A DNA stretch of 64,000 nucleotides from an uncultured Bacteroidales bacterium (lineage in GTDB: Bacteria; Bacteroidota; Bacteroidia; Bacteroidales; Muribaculaceae): NCBI GenBank assembly GCA_900544535.1, contig UQVH01000001.1:682-64681 (forward strand), given 5' to 3'. Shown here one piece after another: positions 39,864 to 50,273 of this stretch. Under the pieces are notes generated by a model that had not been told where the DNA came from, did not search any database, and saw only the letters and a list, made by a program, of their open reading frames with translations. The position numbers were made by a program, and so were the translations under genes. Each line of letters starts with the position of its first letter. Position 1 is the stretch's first letter.

Positions 39864-39871
39864 TAAATTTG
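39864..39871 (+). promoter_or_regulatory. -7 box TAAATTTG for the transglutaminase-like gene
   Basis: TAnnTTTG ~100 nt upstream of the ATG at 39973. Confidence 0.3.
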
Positions 39872-39972
39872 CAGACGGGCCGCGGGGAGCGGTCCGCCAC
39901 GGTTGACTTTGTGTCTGTCTGACCGGCTGAATTATCCATAACCTGAACCATAACCTGTCACTGTCCATCGCA

Positions 39973-41349
39973 ATGAAAAGTTTTCTGAAACTGCCGCTTC
40001 TGTGTGCGGTCATGTGCGCCGCTTTGTCCGGCGAGGCAAAATCCTATGTCCACGATACCAAATATGACTGGAGCGGACTCGCCAACTCCATCACGTCGCC
40101 GTCGAAACCGGACTATGAGAAAGCCCGCGACATCTACACATGGCTGACGAAAAACATCTCCTACGATACAAGCTATTCAATCCATACCGCCGACGAGACT
40201 TACGAACAGAAGCGCGGCGTCTGCCAGGGCTACTGCGAGATGTTCTACCGCCTGGGCGAGGCCGTAGGGCTGCGGACTGACATCATCTTCGGCAAATCGA
40301 AAAACCACGATGGAACAGTCAGCGACATGGGCCACGCATGGCTCTTCGTCTATGTCGACGGCAATTCCGGTATACTCGTAGACCCCACCTGGGGCGCCGG
40401 AGGTGTGGATGACGGCAAATTCAAGAGCGAACCGACCGACGCCTGGTTTAACGTCAGCCCCGAATGGCTCATATTCAGCCATTTCCCCGACGAGGCGGAA
40501 TATCAGCTACTTGACTCGCCCCTGAGTTTCGACAGCTTCCGGAGAATATCCTATCTCCACCCCGCGCTGCGCGACTACGGCCACAACGGCAAGGAACTGC
40601 TCGCCTCGTCGCTCAACGGCCACACGCCACAGCTTCCCGAATATTACTCTTCGGCCATCGCGAGAAACACCACCGGCATAAAGATGCCGACCGAGAAAGA
40701 GCTGAGAGTCGGAACTCCCTACGAATTCTATGTACTCCCCACCGGACAGAACGATTTCGTGATCATCAACGGCGAGGAATATGACACCGACTGGGTGCGC
40801 TCAGGCAAACAGGCCGCCATCCGCTTCATACCCGCCGCGCCAGGTCCGCTGACCGTCGGCGTAAGCACGGGCGACTCGAATTATTCCAGCCTTGTGAAGT
40901 ACACCGTAGCCCAACCCACCGCGCAGGACATCGCTAGACTTGAAGAGGCCACCCCGCTGCGCTCGCCAAGCCTCACGGGCCTGACGAACTACAACCGCAA
41001 GACACTTGAAAACTGGGGTATAGATCCGCACAAACTGCTCGCTGCTGTGAAAGCCGAAGGGATTTCGGCGCTGCCGAGATTCAACGCCAATATCGAAAGC
41101 CGGGCGGTCGACGTCCCCCTCAACGGACGGCTGAAAACCGGCGCGACCTACACCTTCCGCTTCACACCCGGCAAAGGACGCGATTTCGCGGCCATCAACG
41201 ACAAGATCTGGGTCAAGGACTGGACGCAGAACCCCGACGGCAGCATCTCCATCACCGTCACCCCCACCGTCGCCGGCGAACTGAAAATCTCAGCCGTCAT
41301 CGACGACACCAACAGCTTCTGGCCCATCCTCACCTACACCGTCGACTGA
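39973..41349 (+). CDS. Secreted transglutaminase-like cysteine peptidase domain protein
   Basis: Signal peptide. Catalytic Cys in GVCQGYCEMFYRL, His in GHAWLFVYVDG, and downstream Asp (LVDPTWG). Ig-like C-terminal domains. Confidence 0.7.
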   Translation: MKSFLKLPLLCAVMCAALSGEAKSYVHDTKYDWSGLANSITSPSKPDYEKARDIYTWLTKNISYDTSYSIHTADETYEQKRGVCQGYCEMFYRLGEAVGLRTDIIFGKSKNHDGTVSDMGHAWLFVYVDGNSGILVDPTWGAGGVDDGKFKSEPTDAWFNVSPEWLIFSHFPDEAEYQLLDSPLSFDSFRRISYLHPALRDYGHNGKELLASSLNGHTPQLPEYYSSAIARNTTGIKMPTEKELRVGTPYEFYVLPTGQNDFVIINGEEYDTDWVRSGKQAAIRFIPAAPGPLTVGVSTGDSNYSSLVKYTVAQPTAQDIARLEEATPLRSPSLTGLTNYNRKTLENWGIDPHKLLAAVKAEGISALPRFNANIESRAVDVPLNGRLKTGATYTFRFTPGKGRDFAAINDKIWVKDWTQNPDGSISITVTPTVAGELKISAVIDDTNSFWPILTYTVD

Positions 41350-41534
41350 TTTCTTTGTGACGGAGGTGCGAAAAGTCATGATTTTGTTGTAATTTTGCCG
41401 TGAGGATAGGGAAGCGCCGGTGTGAAATCACCGGGGAGGTGACGGAGTGAACTTACGTGGTTTACAGGCGTTACTCTTCTGACGGAGCACATCAAAGGTG
41501 TGTCCACAGACTATCCCCTCTTTACAGCAGAATT

Positions 41535-42398
41535 ATGAAAAAGGCAATCTACATCGGAGAACTCTCACTCAACATATCGGTCTGTCCCGACGGCTCGGCG
41601 CAGACTGGAGTGGGCGACTGGGCCGTGAACGCGGCTCTGCTTGACGGACGCATGGAAGTCCCGACCGTATGGGTCGGCGAGGCTGCCGCAGGAACCGTCG
41701 GCGACCTCATCGTGAAGACACTGGAAAACGCCCGCGTGGATGTAGCCTCGATCGACCGTTTCACCGAGGGTGTGAGTCCCGTCAGAATCTTCGCCGAGGG
41801 TGACGACAGCACCAAAGTGGACCACAGCCGTTTTCCCGCCGAACCTGTCAACGCCATCTGGCCGCGGATCGACGAAGGCGACATCGTCGTCTACGGGTCC
41901 TACATGGCCCTTGAGGACCGCAACCACGCGCGTCTGCTCGATCTGCTGCGCCATGCCAAAGCCCGCAAGGCCTTCCTGGTCTACCTGCCATATTTCGAAT
42001 CGCATCAGGTTCCGAGGATCACACGCGTGATGCCCTCGGTCTTCGACTGTCTCGAACTGGCGGACCTCATCGTGGCCCGCGACGCCGACATCCGCGCCGT
42101 CTTCGCAGGCAAGGACACCGACGCCATCTTCAAGGACCATCTGCTCTTCTACTGCCGCCGCTTCCTCCACATAGATCCGGCCGAAAAGAAACTGCGCTTC
42201 TTCGACGGAGATGAATCCTGGAGTCTCCTCTGCCACAAGACGGACAACACCGAGCTGCAATGGAGCGCTGGGGTACTCGCAGGCGCCGTCAGGGCGCTCA
42301 CCGAAGGTAAGCGCGATCCGGACGAGATCATGAACTTCGCCAACGAGACGGCCCACAGCGACCTCGCCGCCGGCATCAGCCATCCCTGCTCGCGCTGA
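41535..42398 (+). CDS. PfkB-family carbohydrate kinase (ribokinase-like)
   Basis: Start at MKKAIYIGE, with TAATTTTG at 41383-41390. C-terminal anion-hole-like motif in AGVLAGAVRALTEG. Confidence 0.55.
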   Translation: MKKAIYIGELSLNISVCPDGSAQTGVGDWAVNAALLDGRMEVPTVWVGEAAAGTVGDLIVKTLENARVDVASIDRFTEGVSPVRIFAEGDDSTKVDHSRFPAEPVNAIWPRIDEGDIVVYGSYMALEDRNHARLLDLLRHAKARKAFLVYLPYFESHQVPRITRVMPSVFDCLELADLIVARDADIRAVFAGKDTDAIFKDHLLFYCRRFLHIDPAEKKLRFFDGDESWSLLCHKTDNTELQWSAGVLAGAVRALTEGKRDPDEIMNFANETAHSDLAAGISHPCSR

Positions 42399-42448
42399 GA
42401 CCGGAACCCACGCCATCAAACCTCATCCCGAACCTACCGACAAGTCAG

Positions 42449-43471
42449 ATGAAAGCCATATCCTTAGAACCTGTCTTCGCTCCGACCACGACCGACACCA
42501 CCCCGCTCAAAAGTCTGCTCAGACGCAACCGCACCATGTCGGAAATCCGCCATGCCATCGGCGATGCGGACTTCAACACCGCCTATGACTTTCTGCGGTC
42601 GACCGCAGTGGAGATGGTCGACAAGGGTGAGACCGAGCGCGCCATCAGCGACGTCCGCGAGATCGACGAACTCATCAGCCGCAACGGCGAGGAGGAGCGC
42701 CACCTGCTCGACATCCACGCCGCCCTGATGCAGATACTCACGGCGCTCTATATAGAGAAAGGTGACAACGACGCGGCCATGACCACCGCGGCATCGGCCC
42801 TCTCGCTCTTAGCGCAGGAACCGCGCCGAAAGGACGAGCCTTTCTTAGCAATCCTCGGCGCGCTGCTCTACGATATAGCCTATCTCCACACCGAACGCAA
42901 GGAGTACAAGCAGGCCGAGCGCGAACTGGCCAAATCGCTCAAGATTTTCGAACGCCTCGCAAAGACCGATCCGGCCCGCTATGCCTCGCCCCACGTCATG
43001 GCGCTGAACTCCGCGACCGCCACCTACCGCAACCGTGTACGCCAGGCCGAACTCCTCGCACACTATCAGGCCGTGACCTCCACCTATCTCCAGATGGTCA
43101 GCGCCGGAGTGAACGTAGAGGAAGCCACGGGACGACTGATTGACTCGATCACCGCCGAAGGTGACACACTCGTGCAGATGGGACGCCACCGCGAGGCCGT
43201 GCAGTACTACACCCGCGCGCTGAAATATCTGACCAAGATCGAAAGCCAGTTCACTCTGCGCCAGCTGCGCCTGTCGATAGCCCTCGGCGAGTCGATGCTG
43301 CGCATCAGCGCCATGAAGGACAAGGGCATCCATCTGCTCAACACCATGCTCCACAAGGCCACGAAAATAAATGCCACCGACGAGCACCGCCGCATTGTCG
43401 ACATCCTCTACAACGCCAAAAGCTCCTCGCTTGACATCCTCGGCCTCTGGCACAAAGTATTTCCGAAATAA
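42449..43471 (+). CDS. Hypothetical helical (TPR-like) protein
   Basis: Codon usage consistent with the flanks. No recognisable catalytic motif. Confidence 0.35.
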   Translation: MKAISLEPVFAPTTTDTTPLKSLLRRNRTMSEIRHAIGDADFNTAYDFLRSTAVEMVDKGETERAISDVREIDELISRNGEEERHLLDIHAALMQILTALYIEKGDNDAAMTTAASALSLLAQEPRRKDEPFLAILGALLYDIAYLHTERKEYKQAERELAKSLKIFERLAKTDPARYASPHVMALNSATATYRNRVRQAELLAHYQAVTSTYLQMVSAGVNVEEATGRLIDSITAEGDTLVQMGRHREAVQYYTRALKYLTKIESQFTLRQLRLSIALGESMLRISAMKDKGIHLLNTMLHKATKINATDEHRRIVDILYNAKSSSLDILGLWHKVFPK

Positions 43472-43495
43472 CCAATCAAAGCACAGAATAAAACA

Positions 43496-43975
43496 ATGTC
43501 ACAGCACACCCCGACCAGCTCTCTTCCCCGCATCGAAGATTTCAGAATAGCGATAGCCGTAGCCGAATGGAACGGCCACATCACCGGCGCCCTGCGCGAC
43601 GGCGCACTCAAGACCCTGCGCGACTACGGCATGCCCGACAAGGACGTGACAGTGGTCACCGTCCCCGGTGCCGTCGAACTGACCTTCGCCGCATCGAAAC
43701 TCATAGAGACCGGCTCATTTGACGCCATCATCATCATCGGCTGCGTCATCAAAGGCGACACCCCGCACTTCGACTACGTATGCCAGAGCGTCACCCAGGG
43801 CATGACGGCGCTCAACGCCGACTGCGACGTGCCCGTGATCTTCGGCGTGCTGACCGTCAACGAAGAGCAGCAGGCTCTCGACCGCGCCGGCGGCTCTTTA
43901 GGCAACAAAGGCTCCGAGGCAGCCGAGACAGCCATCAAGATGGTGGCCCTCAACCGCCACATCGACGAGCTTTAA
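43496..43975 (+). CDS. ribH: 6,7-dimethyl-8-ribityllumazine synthase
   Basis: RIAIAVAEWNGHIT...PGAVELTFAA...IGCVIKGDTPHFDYV motifs. Confidence 0.9.
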   Translation: MSQHTPTSSLPRIEDFRIAIAVAEWNGHITGALRDGALKTLRDYGMPDKDVTVVTVPGAVELTFAASKLIETGSFDAIIIIGCVIKGDTPHFDYVCQSVTQGMTALNADCDVPVIFGVLTVNEEQQALDRAGGSLGNKGSEAAETAIKMVALNRHIDEL

Positions 43976-44028
43976 GCCACCACTTCCAAACTTCCTCTTT
44001 CCCCAACCTCTCTCAACTCACTACTTCG

Positions 44029-45315
44029 ATGGAACGCCTGATGCAATACGTGTGGCAGCACCGTCTGTTGGAACCGACGGACATGGTCACTGTCGACGGG
44101 CGAAAAATAACAGTCCTGGATCCCGGTCGGCTCAACACCGATGCGGGGCCTGACTTTTTCAACGCCAAAATAAAAATAGGCGAGGCCATGTGGGCCGGCG
44201 ATGTCGAGATTCATGTCAGGGCAAGCGACTGGCACCGCCACGGCCATGCTGCGGACCGAGCCTACGATTCAGTAGTGCTCCACGTCGTAGACCGCGATGA
44301 CACGGCCATAAAGCGTCACAACGGGGAAGTGATAGCACAGATGGTGATGAGATGCGAGCCGGAGTTTCACGTGCGCTACCACGAGCTTGTCGACCGCGCG
44401 GACATAGACCTGCCATGCTCCGGAGAGATAAAATCCATGGATACGCTGCGCCTCACCGACTGGCTGACGGCCCTGGCTTACGAGCGCGTCTATTCGAAGA
44501 CGGCCCGCATCGAGGAGTTGCTGCACCAATATACCGGCGACTGGGAGCAGACCTGCTACGTGGTCCTTGCCCGCGCCCTCGGCTTCAGCACCAACTCCGA
44601 ACCGATGGAGCGCCTGGCCATGTCGCTGCCGCTGCATTTCCTGCGCAAGCACAGCGACTCGCTGACGGCAATCGAAGCCCTGTTTTTCGGTCAGGGAGGC
44701 TTCTTAGACAACGCGCCGAAAGCCGATCCATATGTCGATCAGCTTGTCAGGGAGCACAAGTTCTTCGCCCACAAATTTTCATTGCCCCCCTTGCAGCCAT
44801 TGGGGTGGAAGATGGCGCGGATGCGGCCACACAACTTTCCGCACCGCCGCATAGCCCTGCTTGCACAACTCGTCAGCTCGGACACGCGCCTTGTCAGCCG
44901 CATCACCGGAGCGGAGAGCATCGACGCCCTACGCGAGATTTTCCGGCAGCCGCTCACAGGCTACTGGGCGCGTCACTTCACCTTCGGACCCGAAAGCGAG
45001 CGCAGCTATGAAACGCTAAGCCGGAACTCGGCCGACATTCTGATCATCAACACGGCGATTCCGCTGATGATGGCCTACGGCGCCGCGCACGGCGACGAGG
45101 AGATGGGGCGCCGGGCCATGGAGTGGCTTCAGGAACTTCCGGCGGAAAACAATTCGGTGGTCAGTCTCTTCGTCAACGCCGGGATCGGCTGCAAGGACTC
45201 GTTCACATCGCAGGCGCTCATTCAGCTGAGGCGGCGCTACTGCGAGGAGCGGAAATGTCTCTACTGCCGCCTGGGCCACACGCTGCTTGCCTCGCGGGCC
45301 AAAAGGCGCCGCTGA
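44029..45315 (+). CDS. DUF2851-family protein
   Basis: Start at MERLMQYVWQH. The upstream Arg-rich extension overlapping ribH is rejected. Confidence 0.55.
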   Translation: MERLMQYVWQHRLLEPTDMVTVDGRKITVLDPGRLNTDAGPDFFNAKIKIGEAMWAGDVEIHVRASDWHRHGHAADRAYDSVVLHVVDRDDTAIKRHNGEVIAQMVMRCEPEFHVRYHELVDRADIDLPCSGEIKSMDTLRLTDWLTALAYERVYSKTARIEELLHQYTGDWEQTCYVVLARALGFSTNSEPMERLAMSLPLHFLRKHSDSLTAIEALFFGQGGFLDNAPKADPYVDQLVREHKFFAHKFSLPPLQPLGWKMARMRPHNFPHRRIALLAQLVSSDTRLVSRITGAESIDALREIFRQPLTGYWARHFTFGPESERSYETLSRNSADILIINTAIPLMMAYGAAHGDEEMGRRAMEWLQELPAENNSVVSLFVNAGIGCKDSFTSQALIQLRRRYCEERKCLYCRLGHTLLASRAKRRR

Positions 45316-45383
45316 CGGCCGTTTTCAGGACGGGAATTCGGGCAAAAGAAAAACATCGCAGCGAAAAAGTCACGGAAACGGCC

Positions 45384-46538
45384 CTAAAATCGCCGCAAAG
45401 GGAGATAACGCAAGATTGCGTAGATTGCGGCGACGAGGGCGACAGCGCCGCCCACAAAGCCTATATCGGCCATCATTCCGTGGTCGCAGACAATGCCGCC
45501 TACAAAGGCCCCGCCGCCGATGCCGAGATTGAAGATTCCGGAGTAGATACTCATGGCCACCGCCGAGTTGCGCGGCGCGAGCACGATGATCTCGTTCTGG
45601 AAGGCGATATTGTAGACGGTGATGGCCAGTCCCCACAGAATACACAGCAGCGCGAGGAGCCAGACGGAAAGAGAGGCCACGGGCAGAAGCAACAGAAGCA
45701 TCACCGGCAGACCGAGACAGGCGACCGAGATGATGCGTCGGGGATAGCGCGGAAACCAGCGGGTCATCAGCGCGCTTCCGAAAAGTCCGGCCACACCGAA
45801 GAGGGCGAGGGTAAGAGTGATGGCCCTGGGCTGCATCCCGACCACGCGGTCCATGAAAGGCTCGACGTAGCTGTAACCCGTGTAGTGGCCCGTGACGATG
45901 ACGGCGGTGATGAAGTAGACCATCAGCAGCGGACGGCAGCCGAGAACGTCGCGGAGCATGTCGCCGCGCGATTCATCCTCGCCGTTGCGCGGCAGGGAGG
46001 GGAAGAAGCGGAAAAGTCCGACGAGGATCAGTCCGGCAAGCAGACCGAGGGCTCCGAAAGTCACACGCCATCCCGCGAGAAGTCCGAGCATACGTCCGAG
46101 GGGCAATCCGGCCACAAGAGCAATGCCGCCGCCAGCGACGAGGGCGCTGAGAGCCGTCGAGCGTTTGCCGTCGGGGGTGACGGCGACAGCCATCGGGGGA
46201 GCGATGGACCAGAAAAGGGAATGGGCGCAGGCCACGCCAATTCGCGAGGCAAGCAGTGACCAGTAGCCGGTCGACAGCACCGATCCGATGTGGCTGACGA
46301 AAAACACGCCGAGGATGATCAGCAGGAGGCGCCGGAAATCCATACGCGCGCACCACAGCATCAGCGGGAGCGACAACAGGGCGACAACCCAAGCATAGAT
46401 CGAGATGAGCATTCCGGCTTTAGCCTCGCTGACGCCGAAGTCGGCGGCTATGTCGCTCAGAAGCCCGATCGGGGTAATTTCGGAGGTATTGAAAGTGAAT
46501 CCTGCGACTGTCAGCAGGATCAGCGGCATCCATTTCAT
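45384..46538 (-). CDS. MFS transporter
   Basis: 12 predicted TM helices. MFS loop motif GRMLGLLAGWRV. A -7 box (minus) at ~46613-46623. Confidence 0.8.
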   Translation of the reverse strand: MKWMPLILLTVAGFTFNTSEITPIGLLSDIAADFGVSEAKAGMLISIYAWVVALLSLPLMLWCARMDFRRLLLIILGVFFVSHIGSVLSTGYWSLLASRIGVACAHSLFWSIAPPMAVAVTPDGKRSTALSALVAGGGIALVAGLPLGRMLGLLAGWRVTFGALGLLAGLILVGLFRFFPSLPRNGEDESRGDMLRDVLGCRPLLMVYFITAVIVTGHYTGYSYVEPFMDRVVGMQPRAITLTLALFGVAGLFGSALMTRWFPRYPRRIISVACLGLPVMLLLLLPVASLSVWLLALLCILWGLAITVYNIAFQNEIIVLAPRNSAVAMSIYSGIFNLGIGGGAFVGGIVCDHGMMADIGFVGGAVALVAAIYAILRYLPLRRF

Positions 46539-46717
46539 AAAAACAAGCTTTCTAAACCTTATAAATTATTGGAAAACAGCAAACTGCACTAACAGACTGA
46601 CATTTTAAGGCTGCAAAATTAGCTAAAATCCGAGAGGAGACCAATTTTTCTTGCTAATTTTGTGGAAAGTGCGTTTTTTCACAGAATTCTTCATCTAATT
46701 CTTCTTAAAGAATCATT

Positions 46718-47467
46718 ATGACCGTCATCTATTTCAGCGCCACGGGCAATTCCTTAGCTGTGGCAAAACGGATCTCCGGCAAGTGCGTGAGCGCCGTCAG
46801 ACTTCTGCGCGGAGAGGGCCCGATCGAGCTGAGCGATCCGGAAGAGATCGGCATCGTCGCGCCCGTATATTTCGGACAGCTTCCGGCGCCGGTCAGCGAG
46901 CTGCTCGGACGCGCGAAGCTGAACGCGCCTTATCTTTTCGCGGTGCTGACCTACGGCGAACTTGCGGGCCGCGCTGCGCGCCACATACGCCGGGAAGGGG
47001 AGCGCAACGGCATCCGTTTCGACTATATCCGCACGATCAAAATGGTCGACAACAATTTCACGATTGTCAACGTGGAGAAGCAGGTGAGGAATGCCGGACG
47101 CAAAAAAATCCCCGCGCATATGGAGGCCATTGCGGGGGATATCAAACTACGAAAAACCAATATTGAAAGGCCGGGCCTCGCGGACCGGATAGTGGGGATT
47201 GCCGAGGAGCTGCTGCCTCAAAAGCGGAATTTCGACAGCGGTTTCCGTGTGGAAGCCGACCGCTGCAACGGCTGCGGCACCTGCGCGAAGGTGTGCCCGA
47301 ACGGCAATATCAGGCTGATCGGCGGGAGGCCGCAGTGGCAGGGCGATTGCCTGAAGTGCACGGGCTGCTATCACAATTGCCCGCAGGAGGCGATCAGATA
47401 TCGCGGCGAGCGCAGCCGGTTTTGCTTCAGAAATCCGGAGATTGGGTTGAGGGAACTAATTTGTTAG
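46718..47467 (+). CDS. EFR1-family flavodoxin-like / 4Fe-4S ferredoxin-domain protein
   Basis: N-terminal MTVIYFSATGNS flavodoxin-like fold. C-terminal CNGCGTCAKVCP and CLKCTGCYHNCP ferredoxin motifs. TAATTTTG at ~46656. Confidence 0.6.
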   Translation: MTVIYFSATGNSLAVAKRISGKCVSAVRLLRGEGPIELSDPEEIGIVAPVYFGQLPAPVSELLGRAKLNAPYLFAVLTYGELAGRAARHIRREGERNGIRFDYIRTIKMVDNNFTIVNVEKQVRNAGRKKIPAHMEAIAGDIKLRKTNIERPGLADRIVGIAEELLPQKRNFDSGFRVEADRCNGCGTCAKVCPNGNIRLIGGRPQWQGDCLKCTGCYHNCPQEAIRYRGERSRFCFRNPEIGLRELIC

Positions 47468-47523
47468 TTTTGGGGGCTGGGAGTTCTGGGAGGACTGGGA
47501 GTTTTAGGAGTTTTTAGACCAAG

Positions 47524-47949
47524 CTATTTGCGGCGGGTGAAAAGCCCGGTGGGGAAGCGCGAGAGGAGGTCGGAAAGGAGGGTGGCGGCGCGGCGGAGAT
47601 CGCCTTTGTCCTCGGCTTTTTCGCAGATGCTCTTGACTTCGATCAGGGCCAGTGAGAGTGCGCCGAAGGTGGTCAGAAAGGGGAACTCCGGAAGCGACAG
47701 CGAGCCGGAATCGTGAAGAAGAATGAAGGCGGCGATGGCCATGAAATCGACGAGCGTCAGAGCTAAGAGGGCGAGGTAGTAGCGCAGGAGTTTGTCGACC
47801 GAACGGCGGAGGCCCCAGGATGTGCATGGCTCACCGCGCGAACGAGATTTGCGCAGCCCGCTGACAAGATCGGCGATGACGGCAAAGAAGACTCCGGTGT
47901 ACTCTACACTCAGAAGAATAAGGACTGGGAAAATGCGTGTGAGATTCAT
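47524..47949 (-). CDS. Small membrane protein (possibly a holin-family protein); start at MNLTRIFP
   Basis: Three hydrophobic segments, 141 aa. Confidence 0.3.
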   Translation of the reverse strand: MNLTRIFPVLILLSVEYTGVFFAVIADLVSGLRKSRSRGEPCTSWGLRRSVDKLLRYYLALLALTLVDFMAIAAFILLHDSGSLSLPEFPFLTTFGALSLALIEVKSICEKAEDKGDLRRAATLLSDLLSRFPTGLFTRRK

Positions 47950-48108
47950 GTTGCAATGTCGGTTTAAAACAGGGTTGGACGATGGTGTTGACTGTCGGGT
48001 GTGACGACATTGCAAAGATACGCTCCGCAAGGTGGCAATTTAGTGCGATAATGCGGAGAGAGGCAAAAAAATTTTCAGAGACCGTGACCGGGGTTTAGAA
48101 ACGACCTC

Positions 48109-49920
48109 TTATTCCGAGGCGTGAAGGGCGCCGTAGACAATCGAGGCTTTGGCCGGGCCGACCACCTCGGCGATGGTGTCGATGTCGGCCTCGCGGAGGC
48201 GCTTGACGCTCTTGAAATGCGTCAGCAGAGCCGTGCGGGTTTTCTCTCCGACACCCTTTATGCCGTCGAGTTCGGAGACCGCCTGCGACTTGCTGCGGCG
48301 GTCGCGGTGGTGGGTGATGCCGAAACGGTGGGCCTCGTCGCGCAGCTGCTGGACCACTCGCAGAGTCTCGCTGTTTTTGTCGATATAAAGCGGAATACTA
48401 TCGCCGGGAAAGTAGATTTCCTCAAGCCTTTTCGCAATGCCCACGACGGCTATCGTGCCGCGCAGTCCCATGTCGTCGAGAGCCTCGACAGCCGCCGAAA
48501 GCTGCCCCTTGCCGCCGTCGACAACGATGAGCTGGGGAAGCTCGCGGCCCTCGTTGACAAGACGCGTGTAGCGGCGCGTGAGCACCTCTTTCATCGAGGC
48601 GAAATCGTCGGGCCCGACCACTGTCTTGATGTTGAAATGGCGGTAGTCCTTCTTGCTCGGACGGGCGTCCTTGAAGACCACGCAGGAGGCCACGGGATTC
48701 GTGCCCTGGATGTTCGAGTTGTCGAAACATTCGATATGACGCGGCAGTTCCGAGAGGTGGAAATCAGACTGCATACGCTTAAGAATCCTGTCGGTGCGCG
48801 TCTCAGGATTGCGCTTCTCCATAGTCTTGATCTTATCGACACGATGCTGCCGAGCGTTCTTCTGCGAGACCTCAAGCAACTTGGCCTTGTCGCCGCGCTG
48901 AGGGATGACGAAGCGCACATCGGGCATCTCCACGTCAGGCTCCTCGGCCACCACGACATCATTGTAGACCACGCCGAGCGTCTCGGAGATCTCCGACATC
49001 GCATAGCCCAAAAGCTGCGCTCTGGACTCGTCGAGACGGCGCTTGAATTCAAGCGTCACGGACTTCACGACGGCCCCGTGGCGCACGTGCATATAATTTA
49101 TATAGACATCGCTGTCCTCGTCGTCTATGCCGAAGACGTCGATATCCTCGATGGTCTGCGACACGATGACGCTTTTGGCCTGATAACGTTTGATCAGATC
49201 GTACTGCTCCTTCAGCTCCTGCGCCTCCTCGAAACGCATCTCCAAGGACAGCTTCTCCATCTCGCCGCGCAGATAGGCAAGCAGTTCGCTTATGTCGCCG
49301 CGAAGGATGGCGCGCACCTTGTCGATGTCGCGGCAATAATCCTCCGACGAGATCAGTCCCGTGCAGCATCCCCTGCAGCGCTTGAGATGATAGTCGAGGC
49401 AGAGTCGCCCCTTGCCCGCGCGCACCCATTCGAGGGTCATCGGCTGACGGCACGAGCGGATAGAATAGAGCTTTTTCAGCAGATCGAGAGTGGCCCGCGC
49501 GCTGCCCGTGTCGGTGTACGGGCCGTAGTATTTCGAGCCGTCCTTGATGCGCTGACGGGTCATGAAAACCCGCGGATAAGGTTCATTGGTCACAACAATC
49601 CAGGGGTAAGACTTGTCGTCCTTGAGGAGCACATTGTAGCGCGGCTGATACTCCTTGATCATCGAGGCTTCGAGATTGAGGGCGTCCTGCTCGGTGGGGA
49701 CCACGATGTAGCTCATGTCGGTGATGGCGCGCACGAGAAGATTGGTGCGCAGGCTGTCGTGGGTGCGGTTGAAATAGGAGCTGACTCGGCGCTTGAGGTT
49801 CTTTGCCTTGCCGACATAAATCACCGTACCCTCGGCGTCGTAGTACATATAGACGCCGGGGGTATCGGGAAGGATTGATATTTTTTCGGTCAGAGAGGCC
49901 GATTTCTTGTGTTTGGCCAA
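48109..49920 (-). CDS. uvrC: Excinuclease ABC subunit C
   Basis: GIY-YIG N-terminus (GVYMYYDAEGTVIYVGKAKNLKRRV), UvrBC domain, and C-terminal HhH. Confidence 0.95.
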   Translation of the reverse strand: MAKHKKSASLTEKISILPDTPGVYMYYDAEGTVIYVGKAKNLKRRVSSYFNRTHDSLRTNLLVRAITDMSYIVVPTEQDALNLEASMIKEYQPRYNVLLKDDKSYPWIVVTNEPYPRVFMTRQRIKDGSKYYGPYTDTGSARATLDLLKKLYSIRSCRQPMTLEWVRAGKGRLCLDYHLKRCRGCCTGLISSEDYCRDIDKVRAILRGDISELLAYLRGEMEKLSLEMRFEEAQELKEQYDLIKRYQAKSVIVSQTIEDIDVFGIDDEDSDVYINYMHVRHGAVVKSVTLEFKRRLDESRAQLLGYAMSEISETLGVVYNDVVVAEEPDVEMPDVRFVIPQRGDKAKLLEVSQKNARQHRVDKIKTMEKRNPETRTDRILKRMQSDFHLSELPRHIECFDNSNIQGTNPVASCVVFKDARPSKKDYRHFNIKTVVGPDDFASMKEVLTRRYTRLVNEGRELPQLIVVDGGKGQLSAAVEALDDMGLRGTIAVVGIAKRLEEIYFPGDSIPLYIDKNSETLRVVQQLRDEAHRFGITHHRDRRSKSQAVSELDGIKGVGEKTRTALLTHFKSVKRLREADIDTIAEVVGPAKASIVYGALHASE

Positions 49921-50273
49921 TGAACAGAAGGGTGTTTAAGAGGTTGTTTAAAAACAAATGTGAAAGCCGGAGTCCATTCTCTTGAGGTGGATTTCGGAAT
50001 GAATCGAAGGAGCAATGCTGTGGCATTGTGACTGAGATTCAGCACGAAAGACACCCAAGAGAATGGATGCGACAAAGCATTTAATAACCTCGACAGATAG
50101 ATTTATAATGAATATAAATATTAAAGAAAGTTACCATAGGCTGCATGGATGTCTTTTTGGCTCCCCTGTCCCTAATCTTCAGTCACCATGCCACAGCATG
50201 GCTCCTTCAGATTATGAACAGGTTAGCTCAAAAATCCACCCACTCCGGCTTCACATTTGTTATTAAACAACCT

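Noticed and set aside
43780-44028. Arg-rich 83-codon N-terminal extension of the DUF2851 ORF overlapping ribH
   Set aside because: It overlaps the ribH coding sequence in another frame. The conserved family N-terminus begins at MERLMQYVWQH (44029).
48121-49878. 585-aa plus-strand ORF spanning nearly all of uvrC on the opposite strand
   Set aside because: Classic GC-rich antisense artefact. uvrC on the minus strand has unmistakable GIY-YIG/UvrBC/HhH motifs.
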